The position numbers were made by a program, and so were the translations under genes. Source: Candidatus Iainarchaeum sp. (GTDB lineage Archaea > Iainarchaeota > Iainarchaeia > Iainarchaeales > VGJJ01). Taken from it: a stretch of 61,911 nt of DNA. The notes under the pieces were generated by a model. The model ran no database searches. It was not told where the DNA came from and was given only the letters and a program-made list of their open reading frames with translations. The DNA lies in the NCBI GenBank assembly GCA_016198125.1, contig JACQJG010000019.1:1-61911 (forward strand), given 5' to 3'. Each line of letters opens with the position of its first letter. Position 1 is the first letter of the stretch. Below are positions 48,102-56,485 of this stretch, piece after piece.

Positions 48102-48989
48102 TCATGCGGTTCTAGTAGCAAACGCCTTCCAGCTTTTTTCCGTGTAGGAATGAACAAGTTTTTGCGCTATGATTTGGCTTTCGCATACCGCGCAAATGGT
48201 GGGCCCTGCGCCCGCAAGAATGGCATTCAAAACGCCTGGAACGCGTTTTATTTTTTCAATTTCCTGGAAAACGGGAAGGTATTCGGGTAATTTCAAGAAC
48301 TCGAATGCGTTGCCCATTTCACGCGCAACGGATTCCATGGAATGGGAATGAATGGCCGCACGCATGCGCTCCACTGAAGGATGCATGGAAACGTTTTCAA
48401 CGCGGAAGTGGGAGTAAATCCACTTGGTTTTGTCCGCAGGCACGTGAATGGGCGGCACTACAAACGCCAAAAACAAAGCCGGGCACGGTTCAATGGGGGT
48501 TATTTTTTCGCCTCTTCCCTGCGCCCTGCACGTGCCCCCATAAATGAAGAATGGAGCATCGCTGCCCAATACTGCGGCTTTTTCCGCCAATGCCTGTTTT
48601 GAAAGGTTCAACGCCCATGCCGCATTCAAAGCCTTTAAAACAGTGCCTGCATTGGAACTGCCTCCTCCAAGTCCTCCTGCGCTTGGAATTTTCTTGTCCA
48701 AAACGATTTCAATGCCCGGGGCTTTTTTTCCAGGGTTTTTTTGCACAAAGACTTCTTGCATTACTTGAACGGCCTTGAAGGCAAGGTTTTTTTCATCCGT
48801 TGGAATACTTGAGTCACTGCATTGAATGCGAATGGAAGCGGGCTCTCCACGTGGGTGAATGATAATGGTGTCATGCAATTCCAGTTCTTGCATGACAAAG
48901 TCCACTTCGTGAAAGCCATCTGAACGTTTGAATAAAATGTCGAGGATTAAATTGACTTTGGCTGGAGAGTTTAAAAGTTGCATGGGCAT
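48102..48989 (-). CDS. ispE: 4-diphosphocytidyl-2-C-methyl-D-erythritol kinase
   Basis: PAKVNLILDIL...DGFHE, KIPSAGGLGGGSSNA, LGSDAPFF, GRGEKI. Confidence 0.93.
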   Translation of the reverse strand: MPMQLLNSPAKVNLILDILFKRSDGFHEVDFVMQELELHDTIIIHPRGEPASIRIQCSDSSIPTDEKNLAFKAVQVMQEVFVQKNPGKKAPGIEIVLDKKIPSAGGLGGGSSNAGTVLKALNAAWALNLSKQALAEKAAVLGSDAPFFIYGGTCRAQGRGEKITPIEPCPALFLAFVVPPIHVPADKTKWIYSHFRVENVSMHPSVERMRAAIHSHSMESVAREMGNAFEFLKLPEYLPVFQEIEKIKRVPGVLNAILAGAGPTICAVCESQIIAQKLVHSYTEKSWKAFATRTA

Positions 48990-49381
48990 CAGGCAGTTGT
49001 TTTTGTTCTCCAATACTCATTCAAATAGGAAATTTTATTTCCTTTCATTTTTAGTATCATAATCCCAGCCATGCGGCCTTTTCTCCATTTTTGGTCGTGC
49101 GCCCATTTATGGGTGCTTTTGCATTCCCACTCTGCAAAACCCGTTTTACCGTCCAAAGAAATGTATGCTTTTTTCAGGCGAAATTGAATGCTCTTTGTAT
49201 TTTTTGCAACTACGCGTTCCCAAAAAGCCTTTATTTTTTTATGGCCCTGTAAGGGCGCGGCTAATGGACTTTCCTGATACACTGCATTTTTTATAAAACA
49301 GTCCAAAATCAGCTTTGAATCCCTTTGTTCCCAGGCTTTGCCATATAGTTCCATGACTTGTTTTACTTGGCGTGCATTCAT
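48989..49381 (-). CDS. SnoaL/NTF2-like protein
   Basis: YGKAWEQRD....CF..NAVY......GHKKI..FW; GNKISYLNEYW. Confidence 0.85.
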   Translation of the reverse strand: MNARQVKQVMELYGKAWEQRDSKLILDCFIKNAVYQESPLAAPLQGHKKIKAFWERVVAKNTKSIQFRLKKAYISLDGKTGFAEWECKSTHKWAHDQKWRKGRMAGIMILKMKGNKISYLNEYWRTKTTA

Positions 49382-49401
49382 GTACAGTACCTTTTTCTGT
49401 T

Positions 49402-50415
49402 TCAGTGCACGACATACGCAGGCCTGATAATTTCAGGCGTTGCATGATTTGCGCGGTGGTCGTATTCAATCAGCCAGTTCACCACGTCTTCAATGTCTTC
49501 GTCTGGAGTGGAAGCGCCGGCACCGATTCCAACGTGCTTTTTTCCTTTAAACCAGTCGTCTTTCAGTTCTTCCCTGCTTTCCACCCACTTCGTGTCAGTA
49601 ATTTTTGAGCATAATTCGTATTGGCGTTTGGTGTTCCCTGAATTCTTCCCCCCAATGATGATCATGCAGTCTGCTTTGTGCGCCAATTCTACTGCGCCGG
49701 GTTGCATTTCGTGCATGGCATTGCAAATCGTGTTGTACACGCGCACTTCCCGCGCCTTGTTTTGCAAAACCGAAACAATGGCTTCCACGTTGTCATTGGA
49801 TTGCGTGGTTTGGCTTACAATTCCAAGCTTTGGAATGGTGGGGTAATACAATTTCTCAACGATTTGGCCTGACTCGGTTTCGCGCATGATTTCATCCGTT
49901 GTAAAGTACTGTTTTTTGTCCAAAAAAAGTTTTTTGGCCTCTTCCGGGGTTTCAACGACAAGGGCGTTGGGCGCATAAGACTTAATGCCTTCCACTTCCG
50001 GGTGGCCGTGTTCTCCGATGACAATGACCTGGTACTTTGCATCGTACAATTCTTTTGCGGTTTTGTGCACCATGGTTACAAAAGGGCACGTGGTGTCAAC
50101 TACATTGAATCCTTTTTCCCTGGCTTTTTCCAATGCCTGGACTGGGACTCCGTGGGCGCGCATGAGCACAGTAGAACCGGAAGGAACTTCATCCATGGAC
50201 GTTAAGTGGGGCAATTTGGAGATCTTGCTTGCAGCATAGGGATTGTCTTCCACCAGTTTTCCACCCCTATTCACAATGTCTTGTACAACCCGTTGATTGT
50301 GCACGGGCATGCCATACAAGTACGCAGAACCTTTGGCAAGGGTTTCTTTGGACAGTTTAACGGAACGCTTAACGCCAAAACAGAAGCCTGCGGCTTTGGC
50401 CAGTTCAATCTTCAT
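49402..50415 (-). CDS. ispH: 4-hydroxy-3-methylbut-2-enyl diphosphate reductase
   Basis: GFCFGV, VHN, RAHGV, DTTCPFV, HPEVEG, SQTT, NTICNA, GAGASTP. Confidence 0.96.
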   Translation of the reverse strand: MKIELAKAAGFCFGVKRSVKLSKETLAKGSAYLYGMPVHNQRVVQDIVNRGGKLVEDNPYAASKISKLPHLTSMDEVPSGSTVLMRAHGVPVQALEKAREKGFNVVDTTCPFVTMVHKTAKELYDAKYQVIVIGEHGHPEVEGIKSYAPNALVVETPEEAKKLFLDKKQYFTTDEIMRETESGQIVEKLYYPTIPKLGIVSQTTQSNDNVEAIVSVLQNKAREVRVYNTICNAMHEMQPGAVELAHKADCMIIIGGKNSGNTKRQYELCSKITDTKWVESREELKDDWFKGKKHVGIGAGASTPDEDIEDVVNWLIEYDHRANHATPEIIRPAYVVH

Positions 50416-50549
50416 ATACTAAACCCCCACCCACGTGGTCTTAAACATTGGCCAAAAAGCATTTAAACCCTTCACGGTGATTGTCTAAGTGGGGTTCGAC
50501 CACTTACATTTAATGCCAGGTAAACCCCTGCCTTTGAAGGAAATTGCCC

Positions 50550-51740
50550 ATGTCAGTCCAAAAACAATATCCAAAATGCCTGGCCTTGCTGGGCAGCACG
50601 GGAAGCGTTGGAACGCAAACCCTTGACTGCGTGCGCATGCACCCAAACGAATTCAAAGTTTTGGCATTAACGGCGCAAAACAACATTGACTTATTGGAAA
50701 AGCAGGCACGCGAGTTCAGCGTGGAAACTGTGGGTATTGCCAACCTGGAAAAAGCAGAAGAGTTTAGGCGGCGCGTGAAAGGAAAAATTCACGTGGAAGA
50801 AGGATTGGAAGGCATTTTGAAAATTTGTGCATATGAGGAAGCAGACACCGTGTTAAATGCCCTGGTGGGAAACATTGGGCTGCGCCCTACGCTCCATGCC
50901 ATGAAGCATAAAAAAAACGTGGCGTTGGCCAACAAGGAAACCATGGTAAGCGGCGGAGAACTTGTCATGGAAGCCGCGCGCAGGAACAAGGTCCATTTGG
51001 TCCCCATTGACTCCGAGCACTCGGCGATCTTTCAATGTTTAAATGGGGAAAACAAGGGTGAAATAAGCAAAATCATTCTCACGTGCTCGGGCGGGCCTTT
51101 TCGCGGAAAAAAGTTAAATGAATTGAAAGGGGTAACAAAAGAGCAGGCGTTAAACCATCCCACGTGGAAAATGGGGGGCAAAATAACAATTGACTCTGCG
51201 ACCCTCATGAACAAGGGTTTTGAAGTCGTGGAAGCCATGTGGTTGTATGGGGTGGAGCCTGAACGCATTGAAGTAGTCGTTCACCCGCAAAGCCTCATTC
51301 ATTCCATGGTGGAATTCGTGGATGCAAGCATTATTGCACAACTTGGCACGCACGACATGAGAACGCCCATTCAATATGCGCTCACGTATCCAAGGCGCAT
51401 GAAATGCCCTGCGACGCGCCTCAATTTGTTGGAAGCAAAACAGTTTACGTTTGAAAAACCAGACATGGAAACCTTTCAGTGCCTTGCACGTGGCTATGAA
51501 GCGGCACGCAGGAAGGGAACGACTGCCACGGCCATCAATGCAGTTAACGATGAATGCGTGGGCGCATTCCTTGATGGAAAAATAGAGTTTTTGGACATTC
51601 AGCGCACCATTCAAAAAGTGGCTGAAAAAAACAGGCATGTAACCCACCCCGTATTGGAAGACATTTTGAACGCAGATGAGTGGGCGCGCAGGGAAACAAG
51701 AAAAGAGCTTGGAATAGAACTTTCCATTCCTGTCAGGTAA
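50550..51740 (+). CDS. dxr: 1-deoxy-D-xylulose-5-phosphate reductoisomerase
   Basis: LGSTGSVG, ALANKE, PIDSEHSAIFQ, HPTWKMGGKITIDSATLMNKG. Confidence 0.97.
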   Translation: MSVQKQYPKCLALLGSTGSVGTQTLDCVRMHPNEFKVLALTAQNNIDLLEKQAREFSVETVGIANLEKAEEFRRRVKGKIHVEEGLEGILKICAYEEADTVLNALVGNIGLRPTLHAMKHKKNVALANKETMVSGGELVMEAARRNKVHLVPIDSEHSAIFQCLNGENKGEISKIILTCSGGPFRGKKLNELKGVTKEQALNHPTWKMGGKITIDSATLMNKGFEVVEAMWLYGVEPERIEVVVHPQSLIHSMVEFVDASIIAQLGTHDMRTPIQYALTYPRRMKCPATRLNLLEAKQFTFEKPDMETFQCLARGYEAARRKGTTATAINAVNDECVGAFLDGKIEFLDIQRTIQKVAEKNRHVTHPVLEDILNADEWARRETRKELGIELSIPVR

Positions 51741-51750
51741 GGCCTGCAAC

Positions 51751-53325
51751 TCATTTTAACACGATTTCATAGGGTTGCGTGGCTTCTAATTTTGAACCGC
51801 TTCCAAGAAAAGCCTGCACATACAAGGGCACAGAGGAAACTAGACTTGGAATGGAAACTGGAATCCAGGTGTTGGTGGGCAGGGAAATAACGGTAAGGGG
51901 GGTTCCAACGAAATTCGTGCACGTGTTTCCACTGGGTTGCCCTGCCTGGCTTGTTCCAATCAACAGCGTAGATGACGCGTAATTGGCCGACGTTATTTGA
52001 ACGTTAACAGTTTCTCCCGGTGAAGGAATGCCTTGAATGTGCAATGCAGGCGTATCATTGACCCCGCAGGCAAGACCATACGGTTTTAGGGTTCCATTGA
52101 AAAAAGTCCATGCCTGCAGGAGGCCGTTTTTATTTGCGGTTGCAATAAAAAAGTCATCGACTCCATTTCCCTCCACGTCTATATTTCCACTCACGGCTTC
52201 TCCAAACTCTGAATTGGATTGCGGGCCCTCAAGGCTTGCTAAAACAGCCCCATTCTTTCCGGATAACACGCGTGCCATGCCCTTAAATTGATTGGCCAGG
52301 GGCGCGCCTGCAAGGACATCCGAGAAACCATCGTTGTCTGCATCCCCTGCATCTGCAACTGCCTTGCCAAACCAGGAAGCAAAAGGCCCATCGGCTTTCC
52401 AAACAAGGGTTTTTGAAACGCCATCATACACGTATACGCGGCCGTTGTTGGAACTGTTAAAAAAAGGGGCTCCAACCACCAAATCTTCCACGTGGTCTCC
52501 GGTGGCATCTTCAATTTGCGCAATTGCCCACCCAAACCAGTCTTGTGCGGCCTCGCCATAAAAAGTGTGCAGGGGCAGAAACGTTTTCCCGGAAAAAACA
52601 AGGACCTTGCCTTCCGGGTTTTGATTGTATAACCCATACGGGGCTCCTGCTGCAAAGTCAGGAACGGCATCGCCATCAAAGTCTGAGAATGCCGTGAGCG
52701 AATACCCTAATTGGCTGGGAGTCAGCCCATTTATTTTTTTCACCAATGCATTTGTTTTTGGGGAAAAAATGTGCACGCTTCCTTCGTTAAAGGCAAGTAC
52801 ATCATGATAGGGGCTGCCAACCAGTATTTCTGGAAAACCGTCTCCTGTTAAATCGCCCATTCCTGCAACACTCCACCCAAAAATGTCTCCTGAATTTTCT
52901 CCGGAAGCGGAGAAAAGAACGCTTCCATTGGCCCCGGACAAAACGCGAACATACCCGGGACCGCTGGGCAGTCCGTCATTCCATTGGGGGGCTCCTACAA
53001 TGAGTTCAGGAACACTGTCCCCGCTGATGTCGGGTATTTTTCCCAATGCGTGCCCAAACCAGTCTCCATTGTTTTGGCCAAACCTTTCCCAAATGACTTG
53101 GCCGTTTTTTCCGGAAAAAAGAACGACTTTATTGGACGCAATGGACCCGGATGCAAGGTCAACAAACCCGTCAAGGTCAACGTCTGCCAAGGGCATCACA
53201 GAACGGCCAATGAATTCTCCGGGGGTTCCATTAACTTCCAGCAACATGCTGGGGGCTGGAAGCGACCACGCAGAAGAGAGTAAGAACAAAAACCCTGCCA
53301 TGCCAAGAAAATGCGCGAATTTCAT
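51751..53325 (-). CDS. Secreted FG-GAP (integrin-alpha-like) beta-propeller protein
   Basis: Signal peptide; about seven FG....DxxGDGxxDxxVGAP...G.V...SG repeats. Confidence 0.9.
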   Translation of the reverse strand: MKFAHFLGMAGFLFLLSSAWSLPAPSMLLEVNGTPGEFIGRSVMPLADVDLDGFVDLASGSIASNKVVLFSGKNGQVIWERFGQNNGDWFGHALGKIPDISGDSVPELIVGAPQWNDGLPSGPGYVRVLSGANGSVLFSASGENSGDIFGWSVAGMGDLTGDGFPEILVGSPYHDVLAFNEGSVHIFSPKTNALVKKINGLTPSQLGYSLTAFSDFDGDAVPDFAAGAPYGLYNQNPEGKVLVFSGKTFLPLHTFYGEAAQDWFGWAIAQIEDATGDHVEDLVVGAPFFNSSNNGRVYVYDGVSKTLVWKADGPFASWFGKAVADAGDADNDGFSDVLAGAPLANQFKGMARVLSGKNGAVLASLEGPQSNSEFGEAVSGNIDVEGNGVDDFFIATANKNGLLQAWTFFNGTLKPYGLACGVNDTPALHIQGIPSPGETVNVQITSANYASSTLLIGTSQAGQPSGNTCTNFVGTPLTVISLPTNTWIPVSIPSLVSSVPLYVQAFLGSGSKLEATQPYEIVLK

Positions 53326-53431
53326 GAAAAGCTTGCCTTTCCAAAATAATAAAAGGTTTTACCCAAATGGGCTTCCTTTCCTCACAGCGCTTTTAAAGAC
53401 CTCGCAGAGAGTACAATAACCGGGGAAGCAT

Positions 53432-54136
53432 ATGACGGTGTGGGCCATTGTGGGAGCAGGAGGCATTGGAAAGCGCATGGGCGCTGGCAAGAACAAAGTG
53501 CTTTTGAAAGTGGCGGGAAAAGAAGTGCTTGCGCATACGTTACAGGTGTTCGAAGGCACGCGGGTAGTAGACAAAGTCCTTTTAGTCATTCACCCGGACA
53601 ATGCAATGGAAGCCCAAAAACTTGTGAAAAAGTACGCGTTCAAAAAAGTGCACGCCATTGTGCAAGGAGGAAGGGAAAGACAGGATTCTGTGTGGAACGG
53701 CCTTCAAAAGGCCAGGGAATTGGGCGCAGAAAAAGGAGACTTTCTTTGCATTCATAACGGGGCCAATCCGCTGGTTCAACCTGCAGAAATTAAAGCGTGT
53801 TTGGATGCTGCACGCGAAACCAAGGCGGCGGTGCTGGGTTTTAAGGTCAAAGACACTCTTCGAAGGGTAAGTGAAAACCTTGTGAGCCTTGGCACGGTGG
53901 ACCGCAAAGGATTGTGGGCCATGCAAACCCCGCAGTGCATTGAATTTTCTCTTGCATGGAACGCGTTTGAAAACGCAATGAAAGAAGGGTTTTATGGCAC
54001 GGATGATGTCCAACTGGTTGAACGAATGGGGCACCCCGTACGGGTGGTGGAATGCGGGTATGAAAACATAAAACTCACAACGCCGGAAGATTTGCGCATC
54101 GCGGAAGGCATTTTTAAACAACGCGCTAAAAAATAA
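53432..54136 (+). CDS. ispD: 2-C-methyl-D-erythritol 4-phosphate cytidylyltransferase
   Basis: GAGGIGKRM..NK, GGRERQDSV, IHNGANP, QTPQ, TDD, NIKLTTPED. Confidence 0.95.
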   Translation: MTVWAIVGAGGIGKRMGAGKNKVLLKVAGKEVLAHTLQVFEGTRVVDKVLLVIHPDNAMEAQKLVKKYAFKKVHAIVQGGRERQDSVWNGLQKARELGAEKGDFLCIHNGANPLVQPAEIKACLDAARETKAAVLGFKVKDTLRRVSENLVSLGTVDRKGLWAMQTPQCIEFSLAWNAFENAMKEGFYGTDDVQLVERMGHPVRVVECGYENIKLTTPEDLRIAEGIFKQRAKK

Positions 54137-54573
54137 TGGAGGGCTTTATGAAAAATGTTGTTTCATTCATTGAAATGCAAACCCGACAGGTAATGGAATT
54201 TCATGACATTACAGAAAAGGTCAGAGAAGCCGTAAAGAAAAGCAATGTAAAAGAGGGCCTTGTCAACGTGTTCACGCAGCACACCACGTGCTGTGTTAAA
54301 ATTAATGAATTTGAAGAAAAGTTAATGCAGGATTTTTACCAGTTTCTTGAAAAGCGCGTTCCCCAGTTTGAAAAATACGGCCACGACATTAACCCTGTTG
54401 ACGGAAGAAAGAATGCGCACTCGCACTTGAAATCCCTTATTTTGAACACGTCTGAATGCATTCCCCTGCAAAAAGGAGAATTGCTGTTAGGCACATGGCA
54501 ACGCGTTTTCTTTGTGGAATTGGACGGGCCAAGAGAAAAAAGAAAAGTCATTGTGCAAGTGCTTGGCGAATAG
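54136..54573 (+). CDS. yjbQ: YjbQ/UPF0047 family protein
   Basis: DITEKV, HTT...INE, NAHSHLKS, LGTWQRVFFVELDGPR. Confidence 0.93.
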   Translation: MEGFMKNVVSFIEMQTRQVMEFHDITEKVREAVKKSNVKEGLVNVFTQHTTCCVKINEFEEKLMQDFYQFLEKRVPQFEKYGHDINPVDGRKNAHSHLKSLILNTSECIPLQKGELLLGTWQRVFFVELDGPREKRKVIVQVLGE

Positions 54574-54594
54574 GTTTTAAGGAAGTGAACGTGC

Positions 54595-55893
54595 ATGAAC
54601 AAAGAGGATATGAATGGCTTTCTTGCACTGGGAAAAGACCTGGGGCAGGAGTATGCCTTGTTTACTTATCTCATTGAAACCCCTATTGACCCTGTGACTG
54701 CAGGCGCGCATTTGTGCCAGGAGCAGAGCACGGCCCAATGGCACCGCGTGGGAGTGGAAGAGGATTTCCGGGAAAAATACGGCGCAAAAGTAGTGTCATG
54801 CAAAACACTGGAAGTGAATTCAAAGCCCAAGATTCAGGCATTTGTAGAAGGGGAAAAATACACGATTGCAGAAATAAAAATCGCGCACCCTACCATTAAT
54901 TTTGGCCCAAAAATCCCGAATCTTATCACGGCGGCTGCTGGGGAAGGGGCGTTTCACTGCCCGGCAGTGAACACCATCAAACTGGTCAACGTTGAATTGC
55001 CTGAAAAATACCTGCGCGCTTTTGAAGGCCCCAAATTTGGACTGAAAGGGCTGCGCCGGGTAATGAAAGTAAAAGACCGGCCTTTTTTCTTTGGGGTGGT
55101 AAAACCCAACATTGGATTGCCTCCAAAACCGTTTGCAGAACTTGCATACCAGGCATGGAAAGGCGGCTTGGACGCGTGCAAGGACGATGAACTGCTTTCC
55201 GATGTGGAATACTCGCCGCTCAAAAAAAGACTTGAACTGGTTTTGGAAAAAATGTTCAAGGCAGAACAGGAAACGGGCGAAAAGAAAATGTTTGTTGCCA
55301 ATATCACAGACGAAGTGGACCGCGTCCTGGAACTGCATGACTTGGTTGCAGGAATGGGGGGAAATGCAGTCATGGTTAATGCATTTCCTGTGGGGTTGAG
55401 CGGGGTGCGCATGCTGGCAAAAAAAACAAAAATACCCGTTGTGGCGCACTTTGATTTTATTGCGCCTTTCACGCGAATGCCATACTTTGGAGTTAAATCT
55501 GAACTTATCACACGACTGCAACGCCTGGCTGGATGCGATGCCATTATCATGCCCGGACTGGGAAAACGCATGCTGGTGGCAGAAGAAGAAGTCAAGGAAA
55601 ACGTGAAGGCGTGCTTGTATGACATGAAGAACATTCAGCCCTGCCTTCCAGTTCCCGGCGGCAGTGATTGGGCAGGGTCCCTGCCAAAAATGCATGAGGC
55701 TTTTCAAACGGTTGACTTTGGAATGGTGCCTGGAAGAGGCGTGTTTGGCCATCCTTTGGGGCCAGAAGGCGGGGCACGGAGTTTGCGCGAGGCGTGGGAA
55801 GCCCTGGAAAAAGGGGTTTCGCTGGAAAAGCATGCGGAAACGCATGAGGCTTTGCGCACGGCCATTGAGTGCTTTGGAAAAAAGAAGGAGTGA
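54595..55893 (+). CDS. rlp: RuBisCO-like protein (form IV), IV-Photo/Chlorobium type
   Basis: EQSTAQW.RVGV.EDFR, NFGPKIPNL, FFGVVKPNIGL, GGLD..KDDE, ANITDEVD, IMPG.G.RM, PCLPVPGGSD, VPGRGVFGHP. Confidence 0.92.
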   Translation: MNKEDMNGFLALGKDLGQEYALFTYLIETPIDPVTAGAHLCQEQSTAQWHRVGVEEDFREKYGAKVVSCKTLEVNSKPKIQAFVEGEKYTIAEIKIAHPTINFGPKIPNLITAAAGEGAFHCPAVNTIKLVNVELPEKYLRAFEGPKFGLKGLRRVMKVKDRPFFFGVVKPNIGLPPKPFAELAYQAWKGGLDACKDDELLSDVEYSPLKKRLELVLEKMFKAEQETGEKKMFVANITDEVDRVLELHDLVAGMGGNAVMVNAFPVGLSGVRMLAKKTKIPVVAHFDFIAPFTRMPYFGVKSELITRLQRLAGCDAIIMPGLGKRMLVAEEEVKENVKACLYDMKNIQPCLPVPGGSDWAGSLPKMHEAFQTVDFGMVPGRGVFGHPLGPEGGARSLREAWEALEKGVSLEKHAETHEALRTAIECFGKKKE

Positions 55894-56393
55894 AAAGAGT
55901 GTACCGTATTGGGTTTGGAGTGGATTCTCACCGGTTTGAAGCTGTTTCAACGGGCAAAAAACTCATGCTGGGGGGCATTGAAATCCCCCATCCTGTTGGA
56001 ATGGAGTCGCATTCAGATGGCGATGTGATTTTACATGCCTTGTACAATGCGCTGGCCAGTGCCTTGGGAGAAGGAAGCATTGGCACGGCGTTTCCAGATT
56101 CGAAAGAAGAAAACCAGGGACGCGATTCCAAAGAATTCGTTGCACACATTCTACAAAAAACAAGACAAGAAGGCTACATAATTCAGAATGTGGGGGTTAG
56201 CTTGGAGTGCAAAACCCCGAAAATCAACCCGCATGAAAAGGCCTTCAAGGAGTCCATTGCACAGTTGCTGGGCATTAAAGTCGAACAGGTAGCCGTGCAC
56301 GCTACCACGGGAGAAAGCCTTACGGCTGTTGGAAAAGGAAAAGGCATTTACACCCAAGTCATTGTACTCTTGGAAAAACACCAAAAACGTTGA
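55890..56393 (+). CDS. ispF: 2-C-methyl-D-erythritol 2,4-cyclodiphosphate synthase
   Basis: RIGFGVDSHRF, LGGIEIP, HSDGDVILHA, IGTAFPDS, ATTGE; GTG start overlapping the RLP stop (or GTG at 55899). Confidence 0.94.
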   Translation: MKRVYRIGFGVDSHRFEAVSTGKKLMLGGIEIPHPVGMESHSDGDVILHALYNALASALGEGSIGTAFPDSKEENQGRDSKEFVAHILQKTRQEGYIIQNVGVSLECKTPKINPHEKAFKESIAQLLGIKVEQVAVHATTGESLTAVGKGKGIYTQVIVLLEKHQKR

Positions 56394-56485
56394 ATGACGT
56401 AAAATGATTTGGGGATTAACGTAAGGCTTTTAAATGGGGTCCGGTTGGAATATTTTATACTGTTTATTGGGGGTGGGGCCCTTCC

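Noticed and set aside
50486-50506. TAAGTGG-GGTTCGA-CCACTTA hairpin with a T-loop-like GTTCGA in the ispH/dxr divergent region
   Set aside because: No acceptor, D or anticodon arms, so not a tRNA. It could be an operator, but a single 7-bp stem is too weak to call.
54595-55893. Possible CO2-fixing RuBisCO (form III) of the AMP pathway
   Set aside because: KPN replaces KPK, the loop-6 region is IMPGLGKRM and the catalytic His motifs are missing, so it is form IV.
54820-55950. 376-aa antisense ORF over the RLP, and similar long antisense ORFs (e.g. 35047-36042, 2285-2884)
   Set aside because: Shadow frames of well-supported genes with no recognisable motifs.
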